Below are positions 23,517 to 33,792 of a stretch of 64,000 bases of DNA, in pieces. The notes under the pieces are model-generated. The model searched no databases and was not told the origin of the DNA. It saw nothing but the letters and a program-made list of their open reading frames with translations. Numbering within the stretch: the first letter of the stretch is position 1; each line of letters starts with the position of its first letter. The position numbers were made by a program, and so were the translations under genes. The stretch lies in the NCBI GenBank assembly GCA_052168235.1, contig JBQLZK010000002.1:160001-224000 (forward strand), given 5' to 3'. The stretch comes from Thainema sp. GTDB taxonomy: Bacteria; Cyanobacteriota; Cyanobacteriia; Phormidesmidales; Phormidesmidaceae.

Positions 23517-24914
23517 ATGCAAACTCAATCTCCTGCTTCAATTTCGTCCTTATCTGATACGCTGCGACAGCGTCGAGTCCAACTGGCGCAGCAGTTTGAT
23601 CAGCCTGTTCTGCTTTGGTCAGGCCGAGCCAGTTCGCGTAACTTTCCGGCTAACACCTATCCGTTTCGGGCCAGCAGTCATTTTCTTTACTTTGCTGGTT
23701 TGCCGCTAGAACATGCCGCGATTCATCTTGACCAGGGGCGACTGACGCTGTTTATGGACGATCCGACGCCGGATGATGTGCTCTGGCATGGATCAACCGC
23801 GAGTCGTGCCGAAATTGCCGAGCAAATTGGGGCTGAGGCCGACTATCCCTATGCAGAATTAGCCAAGTGGACAGAGAACGTGGCGACGCTACCGCTGCAG
23901 CATCCACTCGCAATCGAGCAGCAAACACAGATGCTAAATCGGGCAGTTGGTGTTGCGGCTCATCCCCCAGATCAACAACTGGCAAACGCGATTGTGCAAC
24001 TGCGGCTGGTTCAGGATGAAGGTGCGATCGCAGAAATCCGGCGAGCGGCATCTGTGACCGTGAAAGCTCATCGGGCTGGCATGGCCGCAACCCAAACTGC
24101 CACAACCGAGGCTGATATTCGGGCGGCAATGGAGCAGGTGATTCAAGCGCATAATATGTCCTGCGCCTACACCAGCATCGTCACAGTTCACGGCGAGGTG
24201 CTGCACAATAACCACTACCATCACCCGGTTCAGGCTGGAGATCTTTTGCTAGCCGACGTTGGAGCCGAAACAGAAAACGGCTGGGCCTCTGATGTAACCC
24301 GGACATGGCCCGTCTCCGGCCAGTTTTCTGCCACCCAACGCGATCTTTATCAGGTCGTGCTTGCGGCCCACGATGCTTGTATTGCCGCTGCGAAACCGGG
24401 TGTAGAGTACCAGGATTTGCATCTCCTCGCCGGTCGAGTGATCGCTGAAGGTTTAGTCAGCCTTGGTATTCTCAACGGCCAACCCGATTCGCTGGTTGAA
24501 CAAGATGCCCATGCTCTCTTTTTCCCGCACGGTGTTGGACATTTACTGGGTTTAGATGTTCATGATATGGAAGATTTGGGCGATCTGGCGGGTTACGCCG
24601 CAGGACGGCAGCGCAGTCAACGGTTCGGTCTCGGTTTTTTACGATTGAATCGTCCGCTGCAAACGGGCATGATTGTGACGATTGAACCTGGTTTTTATCA
24701 AGTGCCCGCGATTTTGCAAGACCCAGAAAAGTGCGATCGCTATCGAGACATGATCAACTGGGATCGGCTAGCCGAGTTTGCAGACGTGCGCGGTATCCGT
24801 ATCGAAGACGATGTTCTCATTACAGATCTTGGCTGCGAGGTGATTACGGCTGCGTTGCCCACCTCAATCAACGACATTGAAGCATTGGTTAATTTGAAGC
24901 AGATGGGGCGCTGA
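23517..24914 (+). CDS. pepP: Xaa-Pro aminopeptidase (M24)
   Basis: FRASSHFLYF, DVG...SDVTRT, HGVGHLLGLDVHD, TIEPGFY, GIRIEDD. Confidence 0.93.
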   Translation: MQTQSPASISSLSDTLRQRRVQLAQQFDQPVLLWSGRASSRNFPANTYPFRASSHFLYFAGLPLEHAAIHLDQGRLTLFMDDPTPDDVLWHGSTASRAEIAEQIGAEADYPYAELAKWTENVATLPLQHPLAIEQQTQMLNRAVGVAAHPPDQQLANAIVQLRLVQDEGAIAEIRRAASVTVKAHRAGMAATQTATTEADIRAAMEQVIQAHNMSCAYTSIVTVHGEVLHNNHYHHPVQAGDLLLADVGAETENGWASDVTRTWPVSGQFSATQRDLYQVVLAAHDACIAAAKPGVEYQDLHLLAGRVIAEGLVSLGILNGQPDSLVEQDAHALFFPHGVGHLLGLDVHDMEDLGDLAGYAAGRQRSQRFGLGFLRLNRPLQTGMIVTIEPGFYQVPAILQDPEKCDRYRDMINWDRLAEFADVRGIRIEDDVLITDLGCEVITAALPTSINDIEALVNLKQMGR

Positions 24915-24944
24915 ACACCACGTAGAGCATCTCTTGCAGCAGCC

Positions 24945-25595
24945 TCAGGACGATGCTCGATGCCGCCGATACCAAGTGGCACCACCAACCAAAAGCCCAA
25001 TCAGCCCCAGTGCCAGCATGAGCGGTAGCACGTTGCCCGTTTGCAACGCGGTCAAGCCTGAACTGCCCAGTAGCACAAACGGCAAGATGCCCGGCACCGT
25101 CCCCAACGCCGTCCCAATGAGGTAGTCACGAAACCGAATGGATGTCAGTCCGGCAGCAAAGTTCACCAGCCCGTAGGGAATCAGCGGCAGCAGCCGAATC
25201 GCAAACATATAAAACAAGCCGCCATCATGCAGCTCGGCATCTAGCGTTTGCCAGCGTCCTTCCAGCCGCTGCGCCATCCAGGTGCGGCCAATTGTGCGGG
25301 CAAAGGCAAAGGCCACAATTGCAGCTGCGATCGCAGCCACACTGGTCCAAAGAGTACCCATCCATACGCCGAAAATGGCTCCTCCAGTCAAATTCAGCGC
25401 CGTCGAAGGCATGATCAGCAGCGTTGCCACCACATATACCACCACGTAGACCACGGGTGCCCAAAATCCGGCCTCAGCTAGCCATTGCTGTATCTGCGCC
25501 GGATCAATCCCGCCCAAGCCGTGCGCTACTGCCACTGTCGCCGCCGCGCAAAACAGTAGCAGTAGCACTAAGCCTCGTTTGCCGTTTTTCTGCAT
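24945..25595 (-). CDS. TVP38/TMEM64 (DedA superfamily) membrane protein
   Basis: GGAIFG, AIRLLPLIPYGLVNFAAG, YLIGTALG. Confidence 0.9.
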   Translation of the reverse strand: MQKNGKRGLVLLLLFCAAATVAVAHGLGGIDPAQIQQWLAEAGFWAPVVYVVVYVVATLLIMPSTALNLTGGAIFGVWMGTLWTSVAAIAAAIVAFAFARTIGRTWMAQRLEGRWQTLDAELHDGGLFYMFAIRLLPLIPYGLVNFAAGLTSIRFRDYLIGTALGTVPGILPFVLLGSSGLTALQTGNVLPLMLALGLIGLLVGGATWYRRHRASS

Positions 25596-25622
25596 ACCTA
25601 CACGCTAGTTTGCGATCGCTAG

Positions 25623-25712
25623 TAGACTTTATTGGAAATAAAGTTTTTGGGATTGGAAATTGTTTTGTAGCGCGGCGGAGCCGCGCTACAAAACAATTTC
25701 CGATAAGGTCTA
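25623..25712. mobile_element. 90-bp miniature element, family A copy 3 (overlaps the purH stop codon)
   Basis: Near-identical to 14084-14173. Confidence 0.85.
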
Positions 25713-27275
25713 GTGTAAGAAATGACGCACACCCGTCAGCGCCATCATTAAGCCCAGTTCATTTGCCGCCTTGATCGAATCCTCGTCGCGAATACTGCCG
25801 CCGGGTTGCACTACCGCAATCACGCCTGCATCTGCTGCCGTCCGCACCGAGTCATCAAACGGGAAGAAACCATCGCTCGCCAGAATCGCCCCCTGGCTCT
25901 TGTTACCTGCCTGTTCTAGCGCAATCTTGACCGAGCCGACTCGGTTCATTTGGCCGGCACCGATACCCACCGTCGTGCGATCACGGGTTACCACAATCGC
26001 ATTGGATTTGACATGCTTTGTTACGTGCCAAGCAAACAGCATTTCCTCAAGCTGCTCCGCCGAGGGCTTCTTATCGGTAACAATTTGCCAATCGGCGGGA
26101 TTATCGCCAATATCGTCAGAATCCTGCACCAGGAATCCCCCAGCAATCGAGCGCACCGTCTGATCCGGCCCCTGCTTCAGATCCGGCAGCACCAAAATTC
26201 GTAGCTTCGATTTCTTGCTGAGAATCTCCTGCGCCTCCGCATCGCAGCCGGGAGCCACCACGCATTCCAAGAACGTTTTGGTTAACGCCGTCGCCGTTTC
26301 CGCATCAATTGGCCGATTCAGCGCCACAATGCCGCCGAAGGCCGAAACCGAATCGGCATCAAACGCCCGCTGATAGGCATCAGCCATATTGTCACCAAAG
26401 GCCACGCCGCAGGGATTGGTGTGCTTCAGCACTGCTGCCGCTGCCCGGGGAGAATCGGCAAACTCGGCAATAATCCGTCGCGCCGCTTCCAAGTCCACCA
26501 AATTGTTGTAGCTCAGTTCCTTACCCTGGAGCTGCTGCGCCGCAGCCCAGCCCGTCGCCTGGTTGCCGCTGCGATACCAAGCCGCTGGCTGATGCGGATT
26601 TTCGCCATAGCGGAGGGTTTGCTGCTGCTGGCCCGTCAGCGTAAACCGTTCCGGCAACGCGGGAGCAGTTTCTTGATCCAACTGCTGGTCGCTCAGGTAA
26701 GTTGCGATCGCATGATCATAGGTGGCCGTATGCCAAAACGCCTGCTGGGCACAGTTGCGCCGGAAGCTGGGCGACGCCAAGCCATCGTTAGCTTTCAGCT
26801 CGTCTAGATAGGTGTTGTATTGATTGGGATTACACAACACCGTCAGATAGGCGTGATTCTTCGCCGCCGCTCGCAGCAGCGTTGGGCCACCGATGTCGAT
26901 TTGCTCAATTGCTTCTGGCAGCGTCACGTTTGGATTGGCGATTGTCGATTCAAACGGATAGAGGTTAACCACGACCAGATCGATTGGCCGAATATCGTTA
27001 TTGGCTAAATCCGCCTGATCCTCTTCCAGAGAACGACGCGCTAAAATACCGCCGTGAATCCGGGGATGCAGCGTTTTCACCCGTCCACCCAGAATTTCCG
27101 GCGACCCCGTGTAGTCGGATACTTTCGTCACGGATAGCCCTGCCGCTTGCAGCGCTTTAGCTGTGCCGCCGCTGCTGATCAGCTCAAAGTCAAAATCTGC
27201 CACTAGCCGCTGGGCCAGCTCGACGATACCCGTTTTGTCCGATACGCTCAGCAGTGCAAGACGCGCCATATTCAT
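25710..27275 (-). CDS. purH: Bifunctional AICAR transformylase / IMP cyclohydrolase
   Basis: ALLSVSDKTG, GGRVKTLHP, LRYGENPHQ, ASDGFFPF, GVRHFLH. Confidence 0.98.
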   Translation of the reverse strand: MNMARLALLSVSDKTGIVELAQRLVADFDFELISSGGTAKALQAAGLSVTKVSDYTGSPEILGGRVKTLHPRIHGGILARRSLEEDQADLANNDIRPIDLVVVNLYPFESTIANPNVTLPEAIEQIDIGGPTLLRAAAKNHAYLTVLCNPNQYNTYLDELKANDGLASPSFRRNCAQQAFWHTATYDHAIATYLSDQQLDQETAPALPERFTLTGQQQQTLRYGENPHQPAAWYRSGNQATGWAAAQQLQGKELSYNNLVDLEAARRIIAEFADSPRAAAAVLKHTNPCGVAFGDNMADAYQRAFDADSVSAFGGIVALNRPIDAETATALTKTFLECVVAPGCDAEAQEILSKKSKLRILVLPDLKQGPDQTVRSIAGGFLVQDSDDIGDNPADWQIVTDKKPSAEQLEEMLFAWHVTKHVKSNAIVVTRDRTTVGIGAGQMNRVGSVKIALEQAGNKSQGAILASDGFFPFDDSVRTAADAGVIAVVQPGGSIRDEDSIKAANELGLMMALTGVRHFLH

Positions 27276-27545
27276 TGCTCCCCAAGATGCTCTTCAACTA
27301 AATTCTGAGATAGACCCAAGTTTGTGCATTACTCAGAATAGTAGAAGTTCTGCCGCTTTGGCTGAGCGAACCGAAGACGAATTTAAGGTCTATCAATATG
27401 CTGCACGAAAATCTCTGCTGCGGGTTCTAGATTTGCAATGTGCAAAAATATGAGGATATGGGCATTTTGACCGAAATATTGATAGTTACGGCCAGTTAAA
27501 AGGGAATTCTTTCCTCGGATAAAATTTTAGCCGGTTGGACTGCCA

Positions 27546-29327
27546 ATGAAATCGTTTCCCCTATTTTCCTGGAAGAGAGGCTCCCCACTTGCCCAACGTC
27601 TGTCGATTGCCAAGTGGCAGTATGTTTACTATGTGCTGGCCGCGTTTAATCTATTGACCGTCACGACCAGTTTGTACCTCAACCATAAAATCATGAGTAT
27701 CTATACTCGATCAATTGAGGTCAATCGGGAGTGGGTCATGCGGCTGGAGACTTACTCTAAGCTCGGTGAACTGCTTGCCAATCTGAATGTTCCTGGCAAT
27801 GATGTTTTCAATTCTCAAGATGTTGAGTTGGAGTCTCGTCGATTAGAAGCGGCTCAGGAGATTTATCAGGAGAACCTAGAACGCATTCGATCTGAGCTGC
27901 AAACTGAGGTCAATCCTGACCAAGCCCAGGTGCTGCTCAAGGATTTAGACGCGATCGAAACCGCAAAAGCAGACATGCTGAATGAAACTCAACTCATTTT
28001 TGCTGATTTTCGCCTTAATCAAGCTGAAATGGCTGCTAAACGGATGGCATTAATGGATCACAAATACCATTATGTCAACGAAACCTTTGCCACCTTTCAG
28101 CATGACATCAGCACCGTCCAGCAAAATCTGCTTGATCAGCAAAAGATTGTAGCCGACTCGTTTCGACGCTATGAATCTGCGATCGCAGGTGCCATGCTGC
28201 TGATGGTGGGCGGGATTACCGTTTATGGACACCAGCTTGCCCAAAAGATGAAATCGGAAGCCCAGGAAAAAGAACAGTCGATTGCAGAGCTTCAAAGAAC
28301 AGAAACACTCTTGAAGGAGCAAACTCAACAGCTGCAACTCACGCTCGATCATCTTCAGAACACTCAGTTGCAGCTGATTCAAAGTGAAAAAATGTCATCG
28401 TTGGGACAGTTAGTTGCCGGTGTTGCCCATGAAATCAACAATCCAGTGAACTTTATCCACGGGAACTTAGCGCATGTCCAAGACTATACCCAGGATTTAT
28501 TAAACTTCGTACACCTGTACCAAAAGCACTATCCCCATCCTGTGCCTGAAATTGAGTCTAAAGCCGAAGTCATTGATCTGCCGTTTTTACAGGACGATCT
28601 AGCCAAGACGATTGCTTCTATGAAAATTGGCACGGAGCGGATTCGCCAAATTGTGCTGTCGCTGCGCAATTTTTCCCGCATGGATGAAGCAGAATTTAAG
28701 CCCGTCGATATCCATGAGGGCATCGAAAGTACCTTAGTCATTCTGCAACATAGCCTCAAGGCTCGCTCTGAACGACCAGCAATTGAAGTGATTCGAGATT
28801 ATAGCCAGTTGCCACTCGTGGAATGCTACCCTGGCCAACTTAACCAGGTGTTGATGAATATTCTGACGAACGCAATTGATGCCCTAGATGATGCTCATGC
28901 CAAACAAACAGCACCTGCGATCGCAGCTCGTCCCAGCCAAATTACCATTCGCACATCTCTGTTTAATCGCCAAATGCCCGACAGCCAGTGGATCGAGATT
29001 GCGATCGCAGATAATGGCCCAGGTATTCCTGAAGCAGTAAAGCAACGGATTTTTGATCCCTTTTTCACAACTAAACGAATTGGCAAAGGCACAGGTATGG
29101 GCTTATCTATCAGCTATCAAATTATTGTTGAAAAACATGACGGTCAGCTAGAGTGCAGTTCTAATTTCACACAAGGCACCGAATTCCTGATCAAAATTCC
29201 TGTTCGGCAACAGATTTGCCAACCTAAGCCCTCAAGTAAAACGAACAACAGTAGTGCAAGCTCGCATGACAGGCGCTCAAGCCATGACAACGGTTTTAAG
29301 TCAACACCATCCAAATCAATCTCTTAA
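27546..29327 (+). CDS. Orphan membrane sensor histidine kinase
   Basis: Two TM helices around a helical sensor domain; [20 protein letters not shown]...GTGMGL. Confidence 0.93.
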   Translation: MKSFPLFSWKRGSPLAQRLSIAKWQYVYYVLAAFNLLTVTTSLYLNHKIMSIYTRSIEVNREWVMRLETYSKLGELLANLNVPGNDVFNSQDVELESRRLEAAQEIYQENLERIRSELQTEVNPDQAQVLLKDLDAIETAKADMLNETQLIFADFRLNQAEMAAKRMALMDHKYHYVNETFATFQHDISTVQQNLLDQQKIVADSFRRYESAIAGAMLLMVGGITVYGHQLAQKMKSEAQEKEQSIAELQRTETLLKEQTQQLQLTLDHLQNTQLQLIQSEKMSSLGQLVAGVAHEINNPVNFIHGNLAHVQDYTQDLLNFVHLYQKHYPHPVPEIESKAEVIDLPFLQDDLAKTIASMKIGTERIRQIVLSLRNFSRMDEAEFKPVDIHEGIESTLVILQHSLKARSERPAIEVIRDYSQLPLVECYPGQLNQVLMNILTNAIDALDDAHAKQTAPAIAARPSQITIRTSLFNRQMPDSQWIEIAIADNGPGIPEAVKQRIFDPFFTTKRIGKGTGMGLSISYQIIVEKHDGQLECSSNFTQGTEFLIKIPVRQQICQPKPSSKTNNSSASSHDRRSSHDNGFKSTPSKSIS

Positions 29328-29559
29328 CAAATGTGCCGCGTAAAACAGCGGCACACTTTGGTTTAAGGAAGCTTCATCAGGAATTAAATTGCTTTTCAAA
29401 AAATAAAACGGTAAATGCAAACATTCATCGATATTTGCGGCAAAATACGGCAAAATCATTCCGGCTCAACTTCCGATCATCGCTCAATTTCGGCAAACGG
29501 TTACAAATCTGTCACGCCGTTTTCACACAATTGTCATGTGTTGCATTTAGATTAAGTAC

Positions 29560-29665
29560 AGGTGAATGAACAACCCGGAGCAGTGCGTCGCCATCGGTAT
29601 TCCCCGGTTCTCACTAGGAACTTAGGCTAGGAGTTTAATCATCGGCGATCGCACGCTCCTTTTTT
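29560..29665 (+). ncRNA. Candidate small RNA
   Basis: TAGATT -10-like hexamer at 29548; long closing stem GGAGC-GTGCG-TCGCC / GGCGA-CGCAC-GCTCC followed by T6. Confidence 0.4.
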
Positions 29666-29807
29666 GTCTTTAAAAGTGCTGAGCGTACCGTGACGTTGGC
29701 AGGTACGCCGCTGATTGTGGAGAATTTTGTGCAGGATGCGATCGCATAAGTTCGCCAGCACGACCATCTCAATGACGTGGTGATGTCGCACATAACGGTT
29801 TAGTGTC

Positions 29808-29850
29808 CCAATAGAAAAAGGACTGGCGCTGCCAGTCCTTTTTCTATTGG
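29808..29850. terminator. Perfect 20-bp-arm palindrome downstream of the 29870 gene
   Basis: ccaatagaaaaaggactggc-gct-gccagtcctttttctattgg. Confidence 0.6.
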
Positions 29851-29869
29851 ATTAGGAATAATAGAGAAA

Positions 29870-30250
29870 TTATCGCCAAGTCCGATTTCCTTCATCATCG
29901 GTGCGAGCCTGACGAATCACGTCTGAGATTTCTTCAGCGTCTTTCACGTGGTGGAGCGCTTCTTGGCTACCGTCTGGTTCGTTAACGACAAAGTAAGTGG
30001 GCACAACAATGTGATCGCCAGTGATGTCTGGAGCGTTAACTGCAACTTGGCGTGCCTTCTCTTCTAAAGACATCGGCCCTTTAACGCGATCACCCGGGTT
30101 GAGCGTATTGTCTTCTTCCTCTAGCGCTCTCTGCCGTTCTAGCTCTTGTTCAGGAGTGATTTCTTCAGGAGTGAGCGGCTGATGAATCTCTTTAGGTGAG
30201 GAAGATTTAGATTCATGCAAGTCATGTAAATTGTGTTCGTGAGTTGCCAT
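29870..30250 (-). CDS. Acidic hypothetical protein
   Basis: AVNAPDITGDHIVVPTYF...LHHVKDAEEISDVIRQAR looks like a conserved cyanobacterial block. Confidence 0.8.
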   Translation of the reverse strand: MATHEHNLHDLHESKSSSPKEIHQPLTPEEITPEQELERQRALEEEDNTLNPGDRVKGPMSLEEKARQVAVNAPDITGDHIVVPTYFVVNEPDGSQEALHHVKDAEEISDVIRQARTDDEGNRTWR

Positions 30251-30402
30251 ATTTGCCTCTAATCTAAAACGAATTTTTTGTAATCACTGCGCTTATTCGT
30301 ATTAGACCGCAAAACAAAAGTCGCTGAATCGCCCCAACGTTTGAGACCGGAGCCTTCAGCGACTAGTCGCGAGTTAGATATTTAGAGAACCAAAGAGCGC
30401 AC

Positions 30403-31155
30403 CTAAACGGCCAAGAACTCTTGAATCACCTGATTGCTCAGCTCACTGGTTGCCCCCGATGCTACGATGCCGCCCTTCTGCATAGCGTAGTAGTAATCCG
30501 CCTGCCGTACAAAGTGCAGATGCTGTTCAACCAGTAGGACAGAAATGCCCGTTGCTTCAATAATTCGGCGCACCGCCCGCTCAATGTCGAGAATAATCGA
30601 CGGCTGAATCCCTTCCGTCGGTTCATCCAATAACAGAAGCTTGGGCCGACCCATCAGTGCACGTGCGATCGCAAGCTGCTGCTGTTGACCACCGCTGAGA
30701 TCGCCGCCCATGCGGGGCAGAAATTCATGCAGAATCGGAAATAGCTCAAAAATTTCTTCGGGAATTTTATCTTTGCCCCGCCGTCCTTTCGCTTGCGCTT
30801 CCAGACCCAGCAGCAGATTTTCTTCCACGGTGATGCGGGGAATAATTTCCCGGCCTTGAGGCACATAGGCAATTCCCTTCCGGGCCCGCTGGTTGGGACT
30901 GAGCCGATTAATCTCCTCGCCCTGATAGCGAATTGTGCCCTGGCGCGACTGCAGCAGACCGATAACATTCTTCAGCAGCGTGGTCTTGCCCACGCCGTTG
31001 CGACCAATCAGGCAGACCATCTGTCCCGCTGGCACCGTTAGATCAACGCCACGTAGAATGTGGCTTTCCCCGTAGTAAAAGTGCAGGTCGGAAATCTGCA
31101 GTGTGGGTGCAGTGGTCGTTAAATCTGCGATCGGGTTGGGAATCGTTTGGGTCAT
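30403..31155 (-). CDS. urtE: Urea ABC transporter ATP-binding subunit
   Basis: GRNGVGKT, LSGGQQQQL, DEPTEGIQPS; operon position. Confidence 0.95.
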   Translation of the reverse strand: MTQTIPNPIADLTTTAPTLQISDLHFYYGESHILRGVDLTVPAGQMVCLIGRNGVGKTTLLKNVIGLLQSRQGTIRYQGEEINRLSPNQRARKGIAYVPQGREIIPRITVEENLLLGLEAQAKGRRGKDKIPEEIFELFPILHEFLPRMGGDLSGGQQQQLAIARALMGRPKLLLLDEPTEGIQPSIILDIERAVRRIIEATGISVLLVEQHLHFVRQADYYYAMQKGGIVASGATSELSNQVIQEFLAV

Positions 31156-31157
31156 GG

Positions 31158-32276
31158 CTACACACTCGCGTAAACGTCGGCTTCGATCCGCTGCACGGTT
31201 TCCAGGGGCAAACCGAGCAGGTTGAGTAACTCCTGATAGGCTGCAGCTTCGTGGGGATTGATTTGGTTGACCAGGATGACCTGATAGGCCAAGCGCAAGG
31301 CGGCTTCACGGTCTTGATCGCTGGTCAAATTCGGTACCAGTTCATCCAGAGGAATATCGCTGGCCATATAGTCCCGCAGTTCCAGCCGCAGTTGTTCCTG
31401 ATGCTCGGCATCGTGGGCAAACTCCTGACTCAGCCGATTGAGGATCAGATTCATCTGCTCTGGCGCAAAATTCCCGTCCGACCAGGCCATCGTGGCCGCA
31501 ATTCGCAGCATAGTCATTTGTTCTGACGTAATCGAAGGCGCACTGCCCAGATACACCTCGATCACGCGCGGGTCGTTCTGCACTTGATTCATCGTGCCTT
31601 CGCACAGCACCGAACCTTGGTGCAGCACCGTCACCTGCCGCGCGATCTGTCGCACAAACTCCATATCATGCTCAATCACAATTACCGAATGGCTTTCGGC
31701 CAGGGCAATCAGCAGTTCTCCGGTCTGTTCCGTTTCTTCATCGGTCAATCCGGCCACAGGTTCATCGACGAGCAGCAAATCCGGATTCTGGGCCACCAGC
31801 ATACCGATTTCCAGCCACTGCTTCTCACCGTGGGAGAGCAGTCCCGCAGGCATATCTGCCTTGGCCGTCAAGCCAATCGTTTCCAGCAGACCGCCAATGT
31901 TGCGCCGCTCTGCCGTTGATGACTTGCCAAACAGGGTCGAAAACACACCCTTGTTGGTATTGCTGGTCAGCTCTAGGTTTTCGCGCGGTGTTAGGTTCAG
32001 GAACACGCGCGGCGTTTGGAACTTTCGCCCAATGCCCATACGTGCGATCGCATGTTCGGTACGCGAACTTAAATTCTGCCCTTTAAAGTGAACCGTGCCC
32101 TCTGTCGGCTGAACTTTGCCCGTGATTACGTCTAGAAACGTTGTCTTGCCCGCTCCGTTGGGGCCAATAATCACGCGCAGTTCCCCTTCTTCCATGTGAA
32201 AGTTGAGGTTGTTGAGCGCCTTGAATCCATCAAAGCTAACGGTCAAATGATCAATATCGAGAACGGTGGCTGCCAT
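31158..32276 (-). CDS. urtD: Urea ABC transporter ATP-binding subunit with extra C-terminal TerB-like domain
   Basis: GPNGAGKT, GRKFQTP, LSHGEKQWLEIGM; ~125 aa after VIEVYLG. Confidence 0.93.
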   Translation of the reverse strand: MAATVLDIDHLTVSFDGFKALNNLNFHMEEGELRVIIGPNGAGKTTFLDVITGKVQPTEGTVHFKGQNLSSRTEHAIARMGIGRKFQTPRVFLNLTPRENLELTSNTNKGVFSTLFGKSSTAERRNIGGLLETIGLTAKADMPAGLLSHGEKQWLEIGMLVAQNPDLLLVDEPVAGLTDEETEQTGELLIALAESHSVIVIEHDMEFVRQIARQVTVLHQGSVLCEGTMNQVQNDPRVIEVYLGSAPSITSEQMTMLRIAATMAWSDGNFAPEQMNLILNRLSQEFAHDAEHQEQLRLELRDYMASDIPLDELVPNLTSDQDREAALRLAYQVILVNQINPHEAAAYQELLNLLGLPLETVQRIEADVYASV

Positions 32277-32319
32277 TTTCCCTCATGCGTCCTGTGATAC
32301 TCGTCTGATTAATTCGCAA

Positions 32320-32445
32320 GGTGGGCACCGCCCACCGAATCTATGGTCTAAATCTTGTAGGTTGGGTTGAGCAACGCGAAACCCAACAAGTCTTAGATTG
32401 AATCTTGAATGGTACAGAGATGAAGGTGGGCGATGCCCACCCTAC
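32320..32445. repeat. Cluster of REP-like palindromes in the urtC-urtD spacer
   Basis: ggtgggc-acc-gcccacc; GTAG-gttgggtt...aacccaac; ggtgggc-gat-gcccacc-CTAC. Confidence 0.8.
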
Positions 32446-32450
32446 TTGGC

Positions 32451-33629
32451 TTACTTGTGTTCGATCTGCTCAAAGCTTTTGCGCTCTTCTTCCACTGTTG
32501 GATCAAGCTCCAAACTGGGATAGGTCATCAGCGGTTCGGGCCGGAAGCGAGCCTTCAAATCCTTGAATAGCCCCACTAGGCCATCCGGCAAGAACAGAAC
32601 CACAATTAAGAACAGCGCCCCCTGGAGAAAGAGCCAAAACGTGGGAAACTTTTCGCTGAAGTAGACCCGCGCATACTGGACAATCAGCGTTCCCAGCACC
32701 GCACCCATCAGCGTGCCGCGACCACCAACGGCGACCCAAATCACCATCTCAATCGAGAAGGCCACTAGCATCACGTCAGGCGTAATAATCCCCGTTTGGG
32801 CAGTGTAAAGCGCTCCCGAAATTCCAGCCAGCGCTCCCGAAATCGCGAAAACAAGTACTTTAAACCCCGTTGGGTCATAACCTGAAAAGCGCACCCGGTT
32901 TTCATCATCGCGAATCGAGATCAGTAAACGACCAAACCGACCGCTGGTCAACCAGCGACAGAGGATATAGGCCAGGATTAAACAAATAATGGTGGCGAAA
33001 TAGAACCACGACTGCGCCGTTTGCGAACTTGCAAGGACTCCAAAAAAATTGGCGGTGTCCGTCTTCAGACCGTTGGTGCCGTTAATCAGCTTTTGCTGAC
33101 CGTTAAAAAAGTTGTAGAACACTACCAGCGCCGCTTGGGTCAGAATCGAGAAGTAAACGCCCCGAATCCGGTTGCGAAACACCAGGTAGCCTAGCAGTCC
33201 CGCCACGATTGCCGGAACTGTAAAGAGACCAATGACAGTGACCGGAAAGGAATAGAACGGGTACCAAAAGGCTGGTAACTCACTCACGCCGTAATTCGAG
33301 AAGAAGTCCGGAATCTGGTCTGCGGGGAGCTGCAAATTGAGGTGCATGGCAAAGGCATAGCCGCCCAAGGCAAAGAAAATACCGTGCCCTAAACTCAACA
33401 ACCCTGTGTAGCCCCAGATTAGGTCGATGCCCAGCGCCACAATGCCCAAGGCCAGAATCCGGCCCAGTAGCTCTAGACGAAAATCCGAGAGCACCAGCGG
33501 CATAATCACCGCCAGGATAAGTGCGATCGCAATAACGGCTCCAACCTCAATCGTAAACGCTCGCTTCTGCTTCTTTTGCCGCAGCTTACGAGGTTCTATT
33601 GTGGGTTCAACTGCAGTTTTAACAGTCAT
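32451..33629 (-). CDS. urtC: Urea ABC transporter permease
   Basis: DLIWGYTGLLSLGHG, GVYFSILTQA, IRDDENRVRFSGY. Confidence 0.95.
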   Translation of the reverse strand: MTVKTAVEPTIEPRKLRQKKQKRAFTIEVGAVIAIALILAVIMPLVLSDFRLELLGRILALGIVALGIDLIWGYTGLLSLGHGIFFALGGYAFAMHLNLQLPADQIPDFFSNYGVSELPAFWYPFYSFPVTVIGLFTVPAIVAGLLGYLVFRNRIRGVYFSILTQAALVVFYNFFNGQQKLINGTNGLKTDTANFFGVLASSQTAQSWFYFATIICLILAYILCRWLTSGRFGRLLISIRDDENRVRFSGYDPTGFKVLVFAISGALAGISGALYTAQTGIITPDVMLVAFSIEMVIWVAVGGRGTLMGAVLGTLIVQYARVYFSEKFPTFWLFLQGALFLIVVLFLPDGLVGLFKDLKARFRPEPLMTYPSLELDPTVEEERKSFEQIEHK

Positions 33630-33671
33630 GGTTCTTGTCTCAATATGTCGTCATTCATTCAGTAGCCGTAA

Positions 33672-33774
33672 TATCCAAGTCTCTGTATAAGAACCCAATT
33701 TATTTTTTGTGAAACGTTGGTTCTGCAAACGTTTCACAAAAAATAAATGATGGGTTTTCAACCAGACTTGTATA
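33672..33774. mobile_element. ~102-bp miniature element family B (urtB-urtC spacer)
   Basis: tatccaagtct ... tgggttttcaaccagacttgtata with 20-bp internal stem. Confidence 0.7.
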
Positions 33775-33792
33775 ACTTGTATTGCAATGCGT

